From assembly GCF_009914755.1 (NCBI RefSeq), contig NC_060925.1: a DNA stretch of 64,000 bases; one strand, 5' to 3'. The position numbers and the translations under genes were made by a program. Below the pieces are notes generated by a model, which was not told where the DNA came from, did no database searches, and was given only the letters and a program-made list of their open reading frames with translations. This stretch comes from the human T2T-CHM13v2.0 reference genome, Homo sapiens. This document shows positions 15,101 to 29,390 of this stretch, one piece after another (position 1 is the stretch's first letter; the number at the start of each line of letters is the position of its first letter).

Positions 15101-18100
15101 AATGGAATCGAATGGAATCATCATCAGATGGAAATGAATGGAATCGTCATAGAATGGAATCGAATGGATTCATTGAGTGGAATCAGATGGAATCATCGAA
15201 TGGACTGGAATGGAATCACTGAATGGACTCGAAAGGGATCATCATTGAATGGAATTGAATGGAATCATCGAATGGTCTCGATTGGAATCATTATCAAATG
15301 GAATCGAATGAAATCACCGAATAGAATCGAATGGAACAATCATCGAATGGACTCAAATGGAATTATCTTCAAATGGAATCGAATGGAATTATCGAATGCA
15401 ATCGAATGGAATTATCGAATGCAATCGAATAGAATCATCGAATGGACTCGAATGGAATCATCGAATGGAATGGAATGGAACAGTCAATGAACTCGAATGG
15501 AATCATCATTGAATGGAATCGAATGGAATCATCGAGTGGAATCGAATGGAATTATGATCAAATGGAATCGAATGTAATCATCATCAAATGGAATCAAAAA
15601 TAACGATCATCAATTGGTATTGAATGGATTTGTCATCAAATGGAATTCAAAGGAATCATCATCAAATGGAACCGAATGGAATCCTCATTGAATGGAAATG
15701 AAAGGGGTCATCATCTAATGGAATCGCATGGAATCATCATCAAATGGAATCGAATGCAATCTTCATCAAATGGAATCTAATGGAATCATTGAACAGAATT
15801 GAATGGAATCGTCATCGAATGAATTGAATGCAATCATCGAATGGTCTCGAATGGAATCATCTTCTAATGGAAAGGAATGGAATCATCGCATAGAATCGAA
15901 TGGAATTAACATTGAATGGACTCGAATGGAATCCACATCAAACGGAATCAAGCGGAATTATCGAATGGAATCGAAGAGAATCATCCAATGGACTCGAATG
16001 GAATCATCTAATGGAATGGAATGGAATAATCCACGGACTCGAATGCAATCATCATCGTATAGAATCGAATGGAATCATCGAATGGACTCGAATGGAATAA
16101 TCATTGAACGGAATCAAATGGAATCATCATCGGATGGAAACGAATGGAATCATCATCGAATGGAAATGAAAAGAGTCATCATCTAATGGAATTGCATGGA
16201 ATCATCATAAAATGGAATCGAATGGAATCAACATCAAATGGAATCAAATGGAATCATTGAACGGAATTGAATGGAATCGTCATCGAATGAATTGAATGCA
16301 ATCATCGAATGGTCTCGAATGGAATCATCTTCAAATGGAATGGTATGGAATCCTCGCATAGAATCGAATGTAATTATCATCGAATGGAATCGAATGAAAT
16401 CAACAACAAACGGAAAAAAAAGGAATTATCGAATGGAATCGAAGAGAATCATCGAATGGACCCGAATGGAATGATCTAATGGAATGGAATGGAATAATCC
16501 ATGGACTCGAATGCAATCATCATCGAATGGAATCGAATCGAATCATCGAATGGACTCGAATGGAATAATCATTGAACGGAATCGCATGGAGTCATCATCG
16601 GATGGAACTGAATGGAATCATCATCGAATGGAATCGAATAGAATTATGGAATGAAATCCAGTGTGATCAGCATCGAATGGACCCAAATGGAATCATCATC
16701 CAACGGAAGCTAATGGAATCAACATCGAATGAATCGAATGGAAACACCATCGAATTGAAACGAATGGAATTATCATGAAAGTGAAATGGATGGACTCGTC
16801 ATCGAATGGATTCGAATGGAATCATCGAATAAAATTGATTGAAATCATCATCAAGTGGAATCGAATGGTATCATTGAATGGAATCGAATGGAATCATCAG
16901 ATGGAAATGAATTGAATCGTCATAGAATGGAATCGAATGGATTCATTGAATGGAATCAGATGGAATCATCGAATGGACTGGAATGGAATCATTGAATGGA
17001 CTCGAAAGGGATCATTATTGAATGGCATTGAATGGAATCATCGAATGGTCTCGATTGGAATCATTATCAAATGGAATCGAATGGAATCACCAAATAGAAT
17101 CGAATGGAACAATCATCGAATGGACTCAAATGGAATTATCCTCAAATGGAATCGAATGGAATTATCGAATGCAATCGAATGGAATTATCGAATGCAATCG
17201 AATAGAATCATCGAATAGATTCGAATGGAATCATCGAATGGAATGGAATGGAACAGTCAATGAACTCGAATGGAATCATCATTGAATGGAATCGAATGGA
17301 ATCATCGAGTGGAATCGAATGGAATTTTGATCAAAAGGAATCGAATGTAATAATCATCAAATGGAATCAAAAATAACAATCATCAATTGGTATTGAATGG
17401 AATTGTCATCAAATGGAATTCAAAGGAATCATCATCAAATGGAACCGAATGGAATCCTCATTGAATGGAAATGAAAGGGGTCATCATCTAATGGAATCAC
17501 ATGGAATCATCATCAAATGGAATCGAAAGGAATCATCATCAAATGGAATCTAATGGAATCATTGAACAGAATTGAATGGAATCGTCATTGAATGAATTGA
17601 ATACAATCATCGAATGGTCTCGAATGGAATCATCTTCTAATGGAAAGGAATGGAATCATCGCATAGAATCGAATGGAATTAACATTGAATGGACTCGAAT
17701 GGAATCAATATCTAACGGAATCAAGCGGAATTATCGAATGTAATCGAAGAGAACCATCGAATGGACTCGAATGGAATCATCTAATGGAATGGAATGGAAT
17801 AATCCACGGACTCGAATTCAATCATCATCGTATAGAATCGAATGGAATCATTGAATGGACTCGAATGGAATCATCATTGAACGGAATCGAATGGAATCTT
17901 CATCGGATGGAAACGAATGGAATTATCATCGAATGGAAATGAAAGGAGTCATCATCTAATGGAATCGCATGGAATCATCATAAAATGGAATCGAATGGAA
18001 TCAACATCAAATGGAATCAAATGGAATCATTGAACGGAATTGAATGGCATCGTCATCGTATGAATTGAATGCAATCATCGAATGGTCTCGAATGGAATCA

Positions 18101-18620
18101 TCTTCAAATGGAATGGAATGGAATCATCGCATAGAATCGAATGGAATTATCATCGAATGGAATCGAAAGGTATCAACATCAAACGGAAAAAAACGGAATT
18201 ATCGAATGGAATCGAAGAGAATCATCGAACGGACCCGAATGGAATCATCTAATGGAAAGGAATGGAATAATCCATGGACTCGAATCCAATCATCATCGAA
18301 TGGAATCGAATGGAATCATTGAAAGGACTCTAATGGAATAATCATTGAACGGAATCGAATGGAATCATCATCGAATGGAAACTAATGGAATCATCATCGA
18401 ATGGAAATGAAAGGAGTCATCTAATGGAATTGCACGGAATCAACATAAAATGGAATCGAATGGAATCAACATCAAATGGAATGAAATGGAATCATTGAAC
18501 GGAATTGAATGGAATCTTCATCGAATGAATTGAATGCAATCATCGAATGGTCTCGAATGGAATCATCTTCAAATGGAATGGAATGGAATCATCGCATAGA
18601 ATCGAATGGAATTATCATCG
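6105..18620 (+). repeat. Tandem duplication of a ~6258-bp block (2 copies, junction ~12360)
   Basis: Matching variant-bearing ORFs are offset 6257-6258 (6966/13223, 7769/14027, 8237/14495, 8741/14999, 10013/16271, 11786/18044). Private XhoI site at 7195 and 13452. Confidence 0.88.
11318..13102 (+). repeat. Run of four 468-bp modules (2706-bp unit)
   Basis: Module starts at ~11318, 11786, 12251 and 12719. Core landmarks 10517 to 13223 span 2706 bp, which is 2712 minus two 3-bp CAT deletions. Confidence 0.88.
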
Positions 18621-21600
18621 AATGGAATCGAATGGAATCAACATCAAACGGAAAAAAACGGAATTATCGAATGGAATCGAAGAGAATCATAGAATGGTCC
18701 CGAATGGAATCATCTAATGGAATGGAATGGAATAATCCATGTACTCGAATGCAATCATCATCTAATGGAATCGAATGGAATCATCGAATGGACTCGAATG
18801 GAATAATCATTGAACGGAATCGAATGGAATCATCATCAGATGGAAATGAATGGAATCATTATCGAATGGAATCGAATAGAATTATGGAATGAAATCCAGT
18901 GTCATCATCATCGAATGGACCCGAATGGAATCATCATCCAACGGAAGCTAATGGAATCAACATCGAATGAATCGAATGGAAACACCATCGAATTGAAACG
19001 AGTGGAATTATCATGAAATTGAAATGGATGGACTCATCATCGAATGGATTCGAATGGAATCATCGAATAAAATTGATTGAAATTGTCATCAAATGGAATC
19101 GAATGGAAGCATTGAGTGGAATCGAATGGAATCATCATCAGATGGAAATGAATGGAATCGTCATAGAATGGAATCGAATGGATTCATTGAATGGAATCAG
19201 ATGGAATCTTCGAATGGACTGGAATGGAATCATTGAATGGACTCGAAAGGGATCATTATTGAATGGAATTGAATGGAATCATCGAATGGTCTCGATTGGA
19301 ATCATTATCAAATGGAATCGAATGGAATCACCGAATAGAATCGAATGGAACAATCATCGAATGGACTCAAATGAAATTATCCTCAAGTGGAATCGAATGG
19401 AATTATCGAATGCAATCGAATGGAATTATCGAATGCAATCGAATAGAATCATCGAATGGACTCGAATGTAATCATCAAATGGAATGGAATGGAACAGTCA
19501 ATGAACTCGAATGGAATCATCATTGAATGGAATCGAATGGAATCATCGAGTGGAATCGAATGGAATTATGATCAAATGGAATCGAATGTAATCATCATCA
19601 AATGGAATCAAAAATAACCATCATCAATTGGTATTCAATGGAATTGTCATCAAATGGAATTCAAAGGTATCATCATCAAATGGAACCGAATGGAATCCTC
19701 ATTGAATGGAAATGAAAGGGGTCATCATCTAATGGAATCGCATGGAATCATCATCAAATGGAATCGAATGGAATCATCATCAAATGGAATCTAATGGAAT
19801 CATTGAACAGAATTGAATGGAATCGTCATCGAATGAATTGAATGCAATCATCGAATGGTCTCGAATGGAATCATCTTCTAATGGAAAGGAATGGAATCAT
19901 CGCATAGAATCGAATGGAATTAACATTGAATGGACTCGAATGGAATCCACATCAAACGGAATCAAGCGGAATTATCGAATGGAATCGAAGAGAATCATCG
20001 AATGGACTCGAATGGAATCATCTAATGGAATGGAATGGAATAATCCACGGACTCGAATGCAATCATCATCGTATAGAATCGAATGGAATCATCGAATGGA
20101 CTCGAATGGAATAATCATTGAACGGAATCAAATGGAATCATCATCGGATGGAAACGAATGGAATCATCATCGAATGGAAATGAAAAGAGTCATCATCTAA
20201 TGGAATCGCATGGAATCATCATAAAATGGAATCGAATGGAATCAACATCAAATGGAATCAAATGGAATCATTGAACGGAATTGAATGGAATCGTCATCGT
20301 ATGAATTGAATGCAATCATCGAATGGTCTCGAATGGAATCATCTTCAAATGGAATGGAATGGAATCATCGCATAGAATCGAATGGAATTATCATCGAATG
20401 GAATCGAATGGAATCAACATCAAACGGAAAAAAACGGAATTATCGAATAGAATCGAAGAGAATCATCGAACGGACCCGAATGGAATCATCTAATGGAATG
20501 GAATGGAATAATCCATGGACTCGAATGCAATCATCATCGAATGGAATCGAATGGAATCATCGAATGGACTCGAATGGAATAATCATTGAACGGAATCGAA
20601 TGGAATCATCATCGGATGGAAACGAATGGAATCATCATCGAATGGAAATGAAAGGATTCATCATCTAATGGAATTGCATGGAATCATCATAAAATGGAAT
20701 CGAATGGAATCAACATCAAATGGAATCAAATGGAATCATTGAACGGAATTGAATGGAATCGTCAACGAATGAATTGAATGCAATCATCGAATGGTCTCGA
20801 ATGGAATCATCTTCAAATGGAATGGAATGGAATCATCGCATAGAATCGAATGGAATTATCATCGAATGGAATCGAATGGAATCAACATCAAACGGAAAAA
20901 TCGGAATTATCGTATGGAATCGAAGAGAATCATCGAATGGACCCGAATGGAATCATCTAATGGAGTGGAATGGAATAATCCACGGACTCGAATGCAATCA
21001 TCATCGAATGGAATCGAATGGAATCATCGAATGGACTCGAATGGAATAATCATCGAACGGAATCGAATGGAGTCATCATCGGATGGAAATGAATGGAATC
21101 ATCATCGAATGGAATCGAATAGAATTATGGAATGAAATCCAGTGTGATCATCATCGAATGGACCCGAATGGAATCATCATCCAACGGAAGCTAATGGAAT
21201 CAACATCGAATGAATCGAATGGAAACACCATCGAATTGAAACGAATGGAATTATCATGAAATTGAAATGGATGGACTCATCATCGAATGGATTCGAATGG
21301 AATCATCGAATAAAATTGATTGAAATCATCAACAAATGGAATCGAATGGTATCATTGAATGGAATCGAATGGAATCATCATCAGATGGAAATGAATGGAA
21401 TCGTCATAGAATGGAATCGAATGGATTCATTGAGTGGAATCAGATGGAATCATCGAATGGACTGGAATGGAATCACTGAATGGACTCGAAAGGGATCATC
21501 ATTGAATGGAATTGAATGGAATCATCGAATGGTCTCGATTGGAATCATTATCAAATGGAATCGAATGAAATCACCGAATAGAATCGAATGGAACAATCAT

Positions 21601-24600
21601 CGAATGGACTCAAATGGAATTATCTTCAAATGGAATCGAATGGAATTATCGAATGCAATCGAATGGAATTATCGAATGCAATCGAATAGAATCATCGAAT
21701 GGACTCGAATGGAATCATCGAATGGAATGGAATGGAACAGTCAATGAACTCGAATGGAATCATCATTGAATGGAATCGAATGGAATCATCGAGTGGAATC
21801 GAATGGAATTATGATCAAATGGAATCGAATGTAATCATCATCAAATGGAATCAAAAATAACCATCATCAATTGGTATTAAATGGATTTGTCATCAAATGG
21901 AATTCAAAGGAATCATCATCAAATGGAACCAAATGGAATCCTCATTGAATGGAAATGAAAGGGGTCATCATCTAATGGAATCGCATGGAATCATCATCAA
22001 ATGGAATCGAATGCAATCTTCATCAAATGGAATCTAATGGAATCATTGAACAGAATTGAATGGAATCGTCATCGAATGAATTGAATGCAATCATCGAATG
22101 GTCTCGAATGGAATCATCTTCTAATGGAAAGGAATGGAATCATCGCATAGAATCGAATGGAATTAACATTGAATGGACTCGAATGGAATCCACATCAAAC
22201 GGAATCAAGTGGAATTATCAAATGGAATCGAAGAGAATCATCCAATGGACTCGAATGGAATCATCTAATGGAATGGAATGGAATAATCCACGGACTCGAA
22301 TGCAATCATCATCGTATAGAATCGAATGGAGTCATCGAATGGACTCGAATGGAATAATCATTGAACGGAATCAAATGGAATCATCATCGGATGGAAACGA
22401 ATGGAATCATCATCGAATGGAAATGAAAAGAGTCATCATCTAATGGAATTGCATGGAATCATCATAAAATGGAATCGAATGGAATCAACATCAAATGGAA
22501 TCAAATGGAATCATTGAACGGAATTGAATGGAATCGTCATCGAATGAATTGAATGCAATCATCGAATGGTCTCGAATGGAATCATCTTCAAATGGAATGG
22601 TATGGAATCCTCGCATAGAATCGAATGTAATTATCATCGAATGGAATCGAATGAAATCAACAACAAACGGAAAAAAAAGGAATTATCGAATGGAATCGAA
22701 GAGAATCATCGAATGGACCCGAATGGAATGATCTAATGGAATGGAATGGAATAATCCATGGACTCGAATGCAATCATCATCGAATGGAATCGAATCGAAT
22801 CATCGAATGGACTCGAATGGAATAATCATTGAACGGAATCGCATGGAGTCATCATCGGATGGAACTGAATGGAATCATCATCGAATGGAATTGAATAGAA
22901 TTATGGAATGAAATCCAGTGTGATCAGCATCGAATGGACCCGAATGGAATCATCATCCAACGGAAGCTAATGGAATCAACATCGAATGAATCGAATGGAA
23001 ACACCATCGAATTGAAACGAATGGAATTATCATGAAAGTGAAATGGATGGACTCGTCATCGAATGGATTCGAATGGAATCATCGAATAAAATTGATTGAA
23101 ATCATCATCAAGTGGAATCGAATGGTATCATTGAATGGAATCGAATGGAATCATCAGATGGAAATGAATTGAATCGTCATAGAATGGAATCGAATGGATT
23201 CATTGAATGGAATCAGATGGAATCATAGAATGGACTGGAATGGAATCATTGAATGGACTCGAAAGGGATCATTATTGAATGGCATTGAATGGAATCATCG
23301 AATGGTCTCGATTGGAATCATTATCAAATGGAATCGAATGGAATCACCAAATAGAATCGAATGGAACAATCATCGAATGGACACAAATGGAATTATCCTC
23401 AAATGGAATCGAATGGAATTATCGAATGCAATCGAATAGAATCATCGAATAGATTCGAATGGAATCATCGAATGGAATGGAATGGAACAGTCAATGAACT
23501 CGAATGGAAACATCATTGAATGGAATCGAATGGAATCATCGAGTGGATTCGAATGGAATTATGATCAAATGGAATCGAATGTAATCATCATCAAATGGAA
23601 TCAAAAATAACCATCATCAATTGGTATTGAATGGAATTGTCATCAAATGGAATTCAAAGGAATCATCATCAAATGGAACCGAATGGAATCCTCATTGAAT
23701 GGAAATGAAAGGGGTCATCATCTAATGGAATCGCATGGAATCATCATCAAATGGAATCGAATGCAATCTTCATCAAATGGAATCTAATGGAATCATTGAA
23801 CAGAATTGAATGGAATCGTCATCGAATGAATTGAATGCAATCATTGAATGGTCTCGAATGGAATCATCTTCTAATGGAAAGGAATGGAATCATCGCATAG
23901 AATCGAATGGAATTAACATTGAATGGACTCGAATGGAATCCACATCAAACGGAATCAAGTGGAATTATCGAATGGAATCGAAGAGAATCATCCAATGGAC
24001 TCGAATGGAATCATCTAATGGAATGGAATGGAATAATCCACGGACTCGAATGCAATCATCATCGTATAGAATCGAATGGAGTCATCGAATGGACTCGAAT
24101 GGAATAATCATTGAACGGAATCAAATGGAATCATCATCGGATGGAAACGAATGGAATCATCATCGAATGGAAATGAAAAGAGTCATCATCTAATGGAATT
24201 GCATGGAATCATCATAAAATGGAATCGAATGGAATCAACATCAAATGGAATCAAATGGAATCATTGAACGGAATTGAATGGAATCGTCATCGAATGAATT
24301 GAATGCAATCATCGAATGGTCTCGAATGGAATCATCTTCAAATGGAATGGTATGGAATCCTCGCATAGAATCGAATGTAATTATCATCGAATGGAATCGA
24401 ATGAAATCAACAACAAACGGAAAAAAAAGGAATTATCGAATGGAATCGAAGAGAATCATCGAATGGACCCGAATGGAATGATCTAATGGAATGGAATGGA
24501 ATAATCCATGGACTCGAATGCAATCATCATCGAATGGAATCGAATCGAATCATCGAATGGACTCGAATGGAATAATCATTGAACGGAATCGCATGGAGTC

Positions 24601-27600
24601 ATCATCGGATGGAACTGAATGGAATCATCATCGAATGGAATTGAATAGAATTATGGAATGAAATCCAGTGTGATCAGCATCGAATGGACCCGAATGGAAT
24701 CATCATCCAACGGAAGCTAATGGAATCAACATCGAATGAATCGAATGGAAACACCATCGAATTGAAACGAATGGAATTATCATGAAAGTGAAATGGATGG
24801 ACTCGTCATCGAATGGATTCGAATGGAATCATCGAATAAAATTGATTGAAATCATCATCAAGTGGAATCGAATGGTATCATTGAATGGAATCGAATGGAA
24901 TCATCAGATGGAAATGAATTGAATCGTCATAGAATGGAATCGAATGGATTCATTGAATGGAATCAGATGGAATCATCGAATGGACTGGAATGGAATCATT
25001 GAATGGACTCGAAAGGGATCATTATTGAATGGCATTGAATGGAATCATCGAATGGTCTCGATTGGAATCATTATCAAATGGAATCGAATGGAATCACCAA
25101 ATAGAATCGAATGGAACAATCATCGAATGGACACAAATGGAATTATCCTCAAATGGAATCGAATGGAATTATCGAATGCAATCGAATGGAATTATCGAAT
25201 GCAATCGAATAGAATCATCGAATAGATTCGAATGGAATCATCGAATGGAATGGAATGGAACAGTCAATGAACTCGAATGGAATCATCATTGAATGGAATC
25301 GAATGGAATCATCGAGTGGAATCGAATGGAATTTTGATCAAAAGGAATCGAATGTAATAATCATCAAATGGAATCAAAAATAACAATCATCAATTGGTAT
25401 TGAATGGAATTGTCATCAAATGGAATTCAAAGGAATCATCATCAAATGGAACCGAATGGAATCCTCATTGAATGGAAATGAAAGGGGTCATCATCTAATG
25501 GAATCACATGGAATCATCATCAAATGGAATCGAAAGGAATCATCATCAAATGGAATCTAATGGAATCATTGAACAGAATTGAATGGAATCGTCATTGAAT
25601 GAATTGAATACAATCATCGAATGGTCTCGAATGGAATCATCTTCTAATGGAAAGGAATGGAATCATCGCATAGAATCGAATGGAATTAACATTGAATGGA
25701 CTCGAATGGAATCAATATCTAACGGAATCAAGCGGAATTATCGAATGTAATCGAAGAGAACCATCGAATGGACTCGAATGGAATCATCTAATGGAATGGA
25801 ATGGAATAATCCACGGACTCGAATGCAATCATCATCGTATAGAATCGAATGGAATCATTGAATGGACTCGAATGGAATCATCATTGAACGGAATCGAATG
25901 GAATCATCATCGGATGGAAACGAATGGAATTATCATCGAATGGAAATGAAAGGAGTCATCATCTAATGGAATCGCATGGAATCATCATAAAATGGAATCG
26001 AATGGAATCAACATCAAATGGAATCAAATGGAATCATTGAACGGAATTGAATGGAATCGTCATCGTATGAATTGAATGCAATCATCGAATGGTCTCGAAT
26101 GGAATCATCTTCAAATGGAATGGAATGGAATCATCGCATAGAATCGAATGGAATTATCATCGAATGGAATCGAAAGGTATCAACATCAAACAGAAAAAAC
26201 GGAATTATCGAATGGAATCGAAGAGAATCATCGAACGGACCCGAATGGAATCATCTAATGGAAAGGAATGGAATAATCCATGGACTCGAATCCAATCATC
26301 ATCGAATGGAATCGAATGGAATCATTGAAAGGACTCTAATGGAATAATCATTGAACGGAATCGAATGGAATCATCATCGAATGGAAACTAATGGAATCAT
26401 CATCGAATGGAAATGAAAGGAGTCATCTAATGGAATTGCACGGAATCAACATAAAATGGAATCGAATGGAATCAACATCAAATGGAATGAAATGGAATCA
26501 TTGAACGGAATTGAATGGAATCTTCATCGAATGAATTGAATGCAATCATCGAATGGTCTCGAATGGAATCATCTTCAAATGGAATGGAATGGAATCATCG
26601 CATAGAATCGAATGGAATTATCATCGAATGGAATCGAATGGAATCAACATCAAATGGAAAAAAACGGAATTATCGAATGGAATCGAAGAGAATCATAGAA
26701 TGGTCCCGAATGGAATCATCTAATGGAATGGAATGGAATAATCCATGGACTCGAATGCAATCATCATCGAATGGAATCGAATGGAATCATCGAATGGACT
26801 CGAATGGAATAATCATTGAACGGAATCGAATGGAATCATCATCGGATGGAAATGAATGGAATCATTATCGAATGGAATCGAATAGAATTATGGAATGAAA
26901 TCCAGTGTCATCATCATCGAATGGACCCGAATGGAATCATCATCCAACGGAAGCTAATGGAATCAACATCGAATGAATCGAATGGAAACACCATCGAATT
27001 GAAACGAGTGGAATTATCATGAAATTGAAATGGATGGACTCATCATCGAATGGATTCGAATGGAATCATCGAATAAAATTGATTGAAATTGTCATCAAAT
27101 GGAATCGAATGGAAGCATTGAGTGGAATCGAATGGAATCATCATCAGATGGAAATGAATGGAATCGTCATAGAATGGAATCGAATGGATTCATTGAATGG
27201 AATCAGATGGAATCTTCGAATGGACTGGAATGGAATCATTGAATGGACTCGAAAGGGATCATTATTGAATGGAATTGAATGGAATCATCGAATGGTCTCG
27301 ATTGGAATCATTATCAAATGGAATCGAATGGAATCACCGAATAGAATCGAATGGAACAATCATCGAATGGACTCAAATGAAATTATCCTCAAGTGGAATC
27401 GAATGGAATTATCGAATGCAATCGAATGGAATTATCGAATGCAATCGAATAGAATCATCGAATGGACTCGAATGTAATCATCAAATGGAATGGAATGGAA
27501 CAGTCAATGAACTCGAATGGAATCATCATTGAATGGAATCGAATGGAATCATCGAGTGGAATCGAATGGAATTATGATCAAATGGAATCGAATGTAATCA

Positions 27601-29390
27601 TCATCAAATGGAATCAAAAATAACCATCATCAATTGGTATTCAATGGAATTGTCATCAAATGGAATTCAAAGGTATCATCATCAAATGGAACCGAATGGA
27701 ATCCTCATTGAATGGAAATGAAAGGGGTCATCATCTAATGGAATCGCATGGAATCATCATCAAATGGAATCGAATGGAATCATCATCAAATGGAATCTAA
27801 TGGAATCATTGAACAGAATTGAATGGAATCGTCATCGAATGAATTGAATGCAATCATCGAATGGTCTCGAATGGAATCATCTTCTAATGGAAAGGAATGG
27901 AATCATCGCATAGAATCGAATGGAATTAACATTGAATGGACTCGAATGGAATCCACATCAAACGGAATCAAGCGGAATTATCGAATGGAATCGAAGAGAA
28001 TCATCGAATGGACTCGAATGGAATCATCTAATGGAATGGAATGGAATAATCCACGGACTCGAATGCAATCATCATCGTATAGAATCGAATGGAATCATCG
28101 AATGGACTCGAATGGAATAATCATTGAACGGAATCAAATGGAATCATCATCGGATGGAAACGAATGGAATCATCATCGAATGGAAATGAAAAGAGTCATC
28201 ATCTAATGGAATCGCATGGAATCATCATAAAATGGAATCGAATGGAATCAACATCAAATGGAATCAAATGGAATCATTGAACGGAATTGAATGGAATCGT
28301 CATCGTATGAATTGAATGCAATCATCGAATGGTCTCGAATGGAATCATCTTCAAATGGAATGGAATGGAATCATCGCATAGAATCGAATGGAATTATCAT
28401 CGAATGGAATCGAATGGAATCAACATCAAACGGAAAAAAACGGAATTATCGAATAGAATCGAAGAGAATCATCGAACGGACCCGAATGGAATCATCTAAT
28501 GGAATGGAATGGAATAATCCATGGACTCGAATGCAATCATCATCGAATGGAATCGAATGGAATCATCGAATGGACTCGAATGGAATAATCATTGAACGGA
28601 ATCGAATGGAATCATCATCGGATGGAAACGAATGGAATCATCATCGAATGGAAATGAAAGGATTCATCATCTAATGGAATTGCATGGAATCATCATAAAA
28701 TGGAATCGAATGGAATCAACATCAAATGGAATCAAATGGAATCATTGAACGGAATTGAATGGAATCGTCAACGAATGAATTGAATGCAATCATCGAATGG
28801 TCTCGAATGGAATCATCTTCAAATGGAATGGAATGGAATCATCGCATAGAATCGAATGGAATTATCATCGAATGGAATCGAATGGAATCAACATCAAACG
28901 GAAAAATCGGAATTATCGTATGGAATCGAAGAGAATCATCGAATGGACCCGAATGGAATCATCTAATGGAGTGGAATGGAATAATCCACGGACTCGAATG
29001 CAATCATCATCGAATGGAATCGAATGGAATCATCGAATGGACTCGAATGGAATAATCATCGAACGGAATCGAATGGAGTCATCATCGGATGGAAATGAAT
29101 GGAATCATCATCGAATGGAATCGAATAGAATTATGGAATGAAATCCAGTGTGATCATCATCGAATGGACCCGAATGGAATCATCATCCAACGGAAGCTAA
29201 TGGAATCAACATCGAATGAATCGAATGGAAACACCATCGAATTGAAACGAATGGAATTATCATGAAATTGAAATGGATGGACTCATCATCGAATGGATTC
29301 GAATGGAATCATCGAATAAAATTGATTGAAATCATCAACAAATGGAATCGAATGGTATCATTGAATGGAATCTAATGGAATCATCATCAG
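15130..29390 (+). repeat. Second tandem duplication of a ~6257-bp block, with the downstream copy expanded by 1750 bp (offsets 6257, then 8006-8007)
   Basis: Offset 6257: 15803/22060 and 16271/22528. Offset 8006-8007: 16937/24944, 17673/25680, 19013/27019, 20285/28291 and 20753/28759, with identical or near-identical translations. Confidence 0.82.
22000..25200 (+). repeat. Local duplication with a 1750-bp offset
   Basis: 22060/23810, 22528/24278 and 23194/24944. Shared private variants ATCAAGTGG, GGAGTCATCG and GGAATTGAATAG. Confidence 0.85.
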
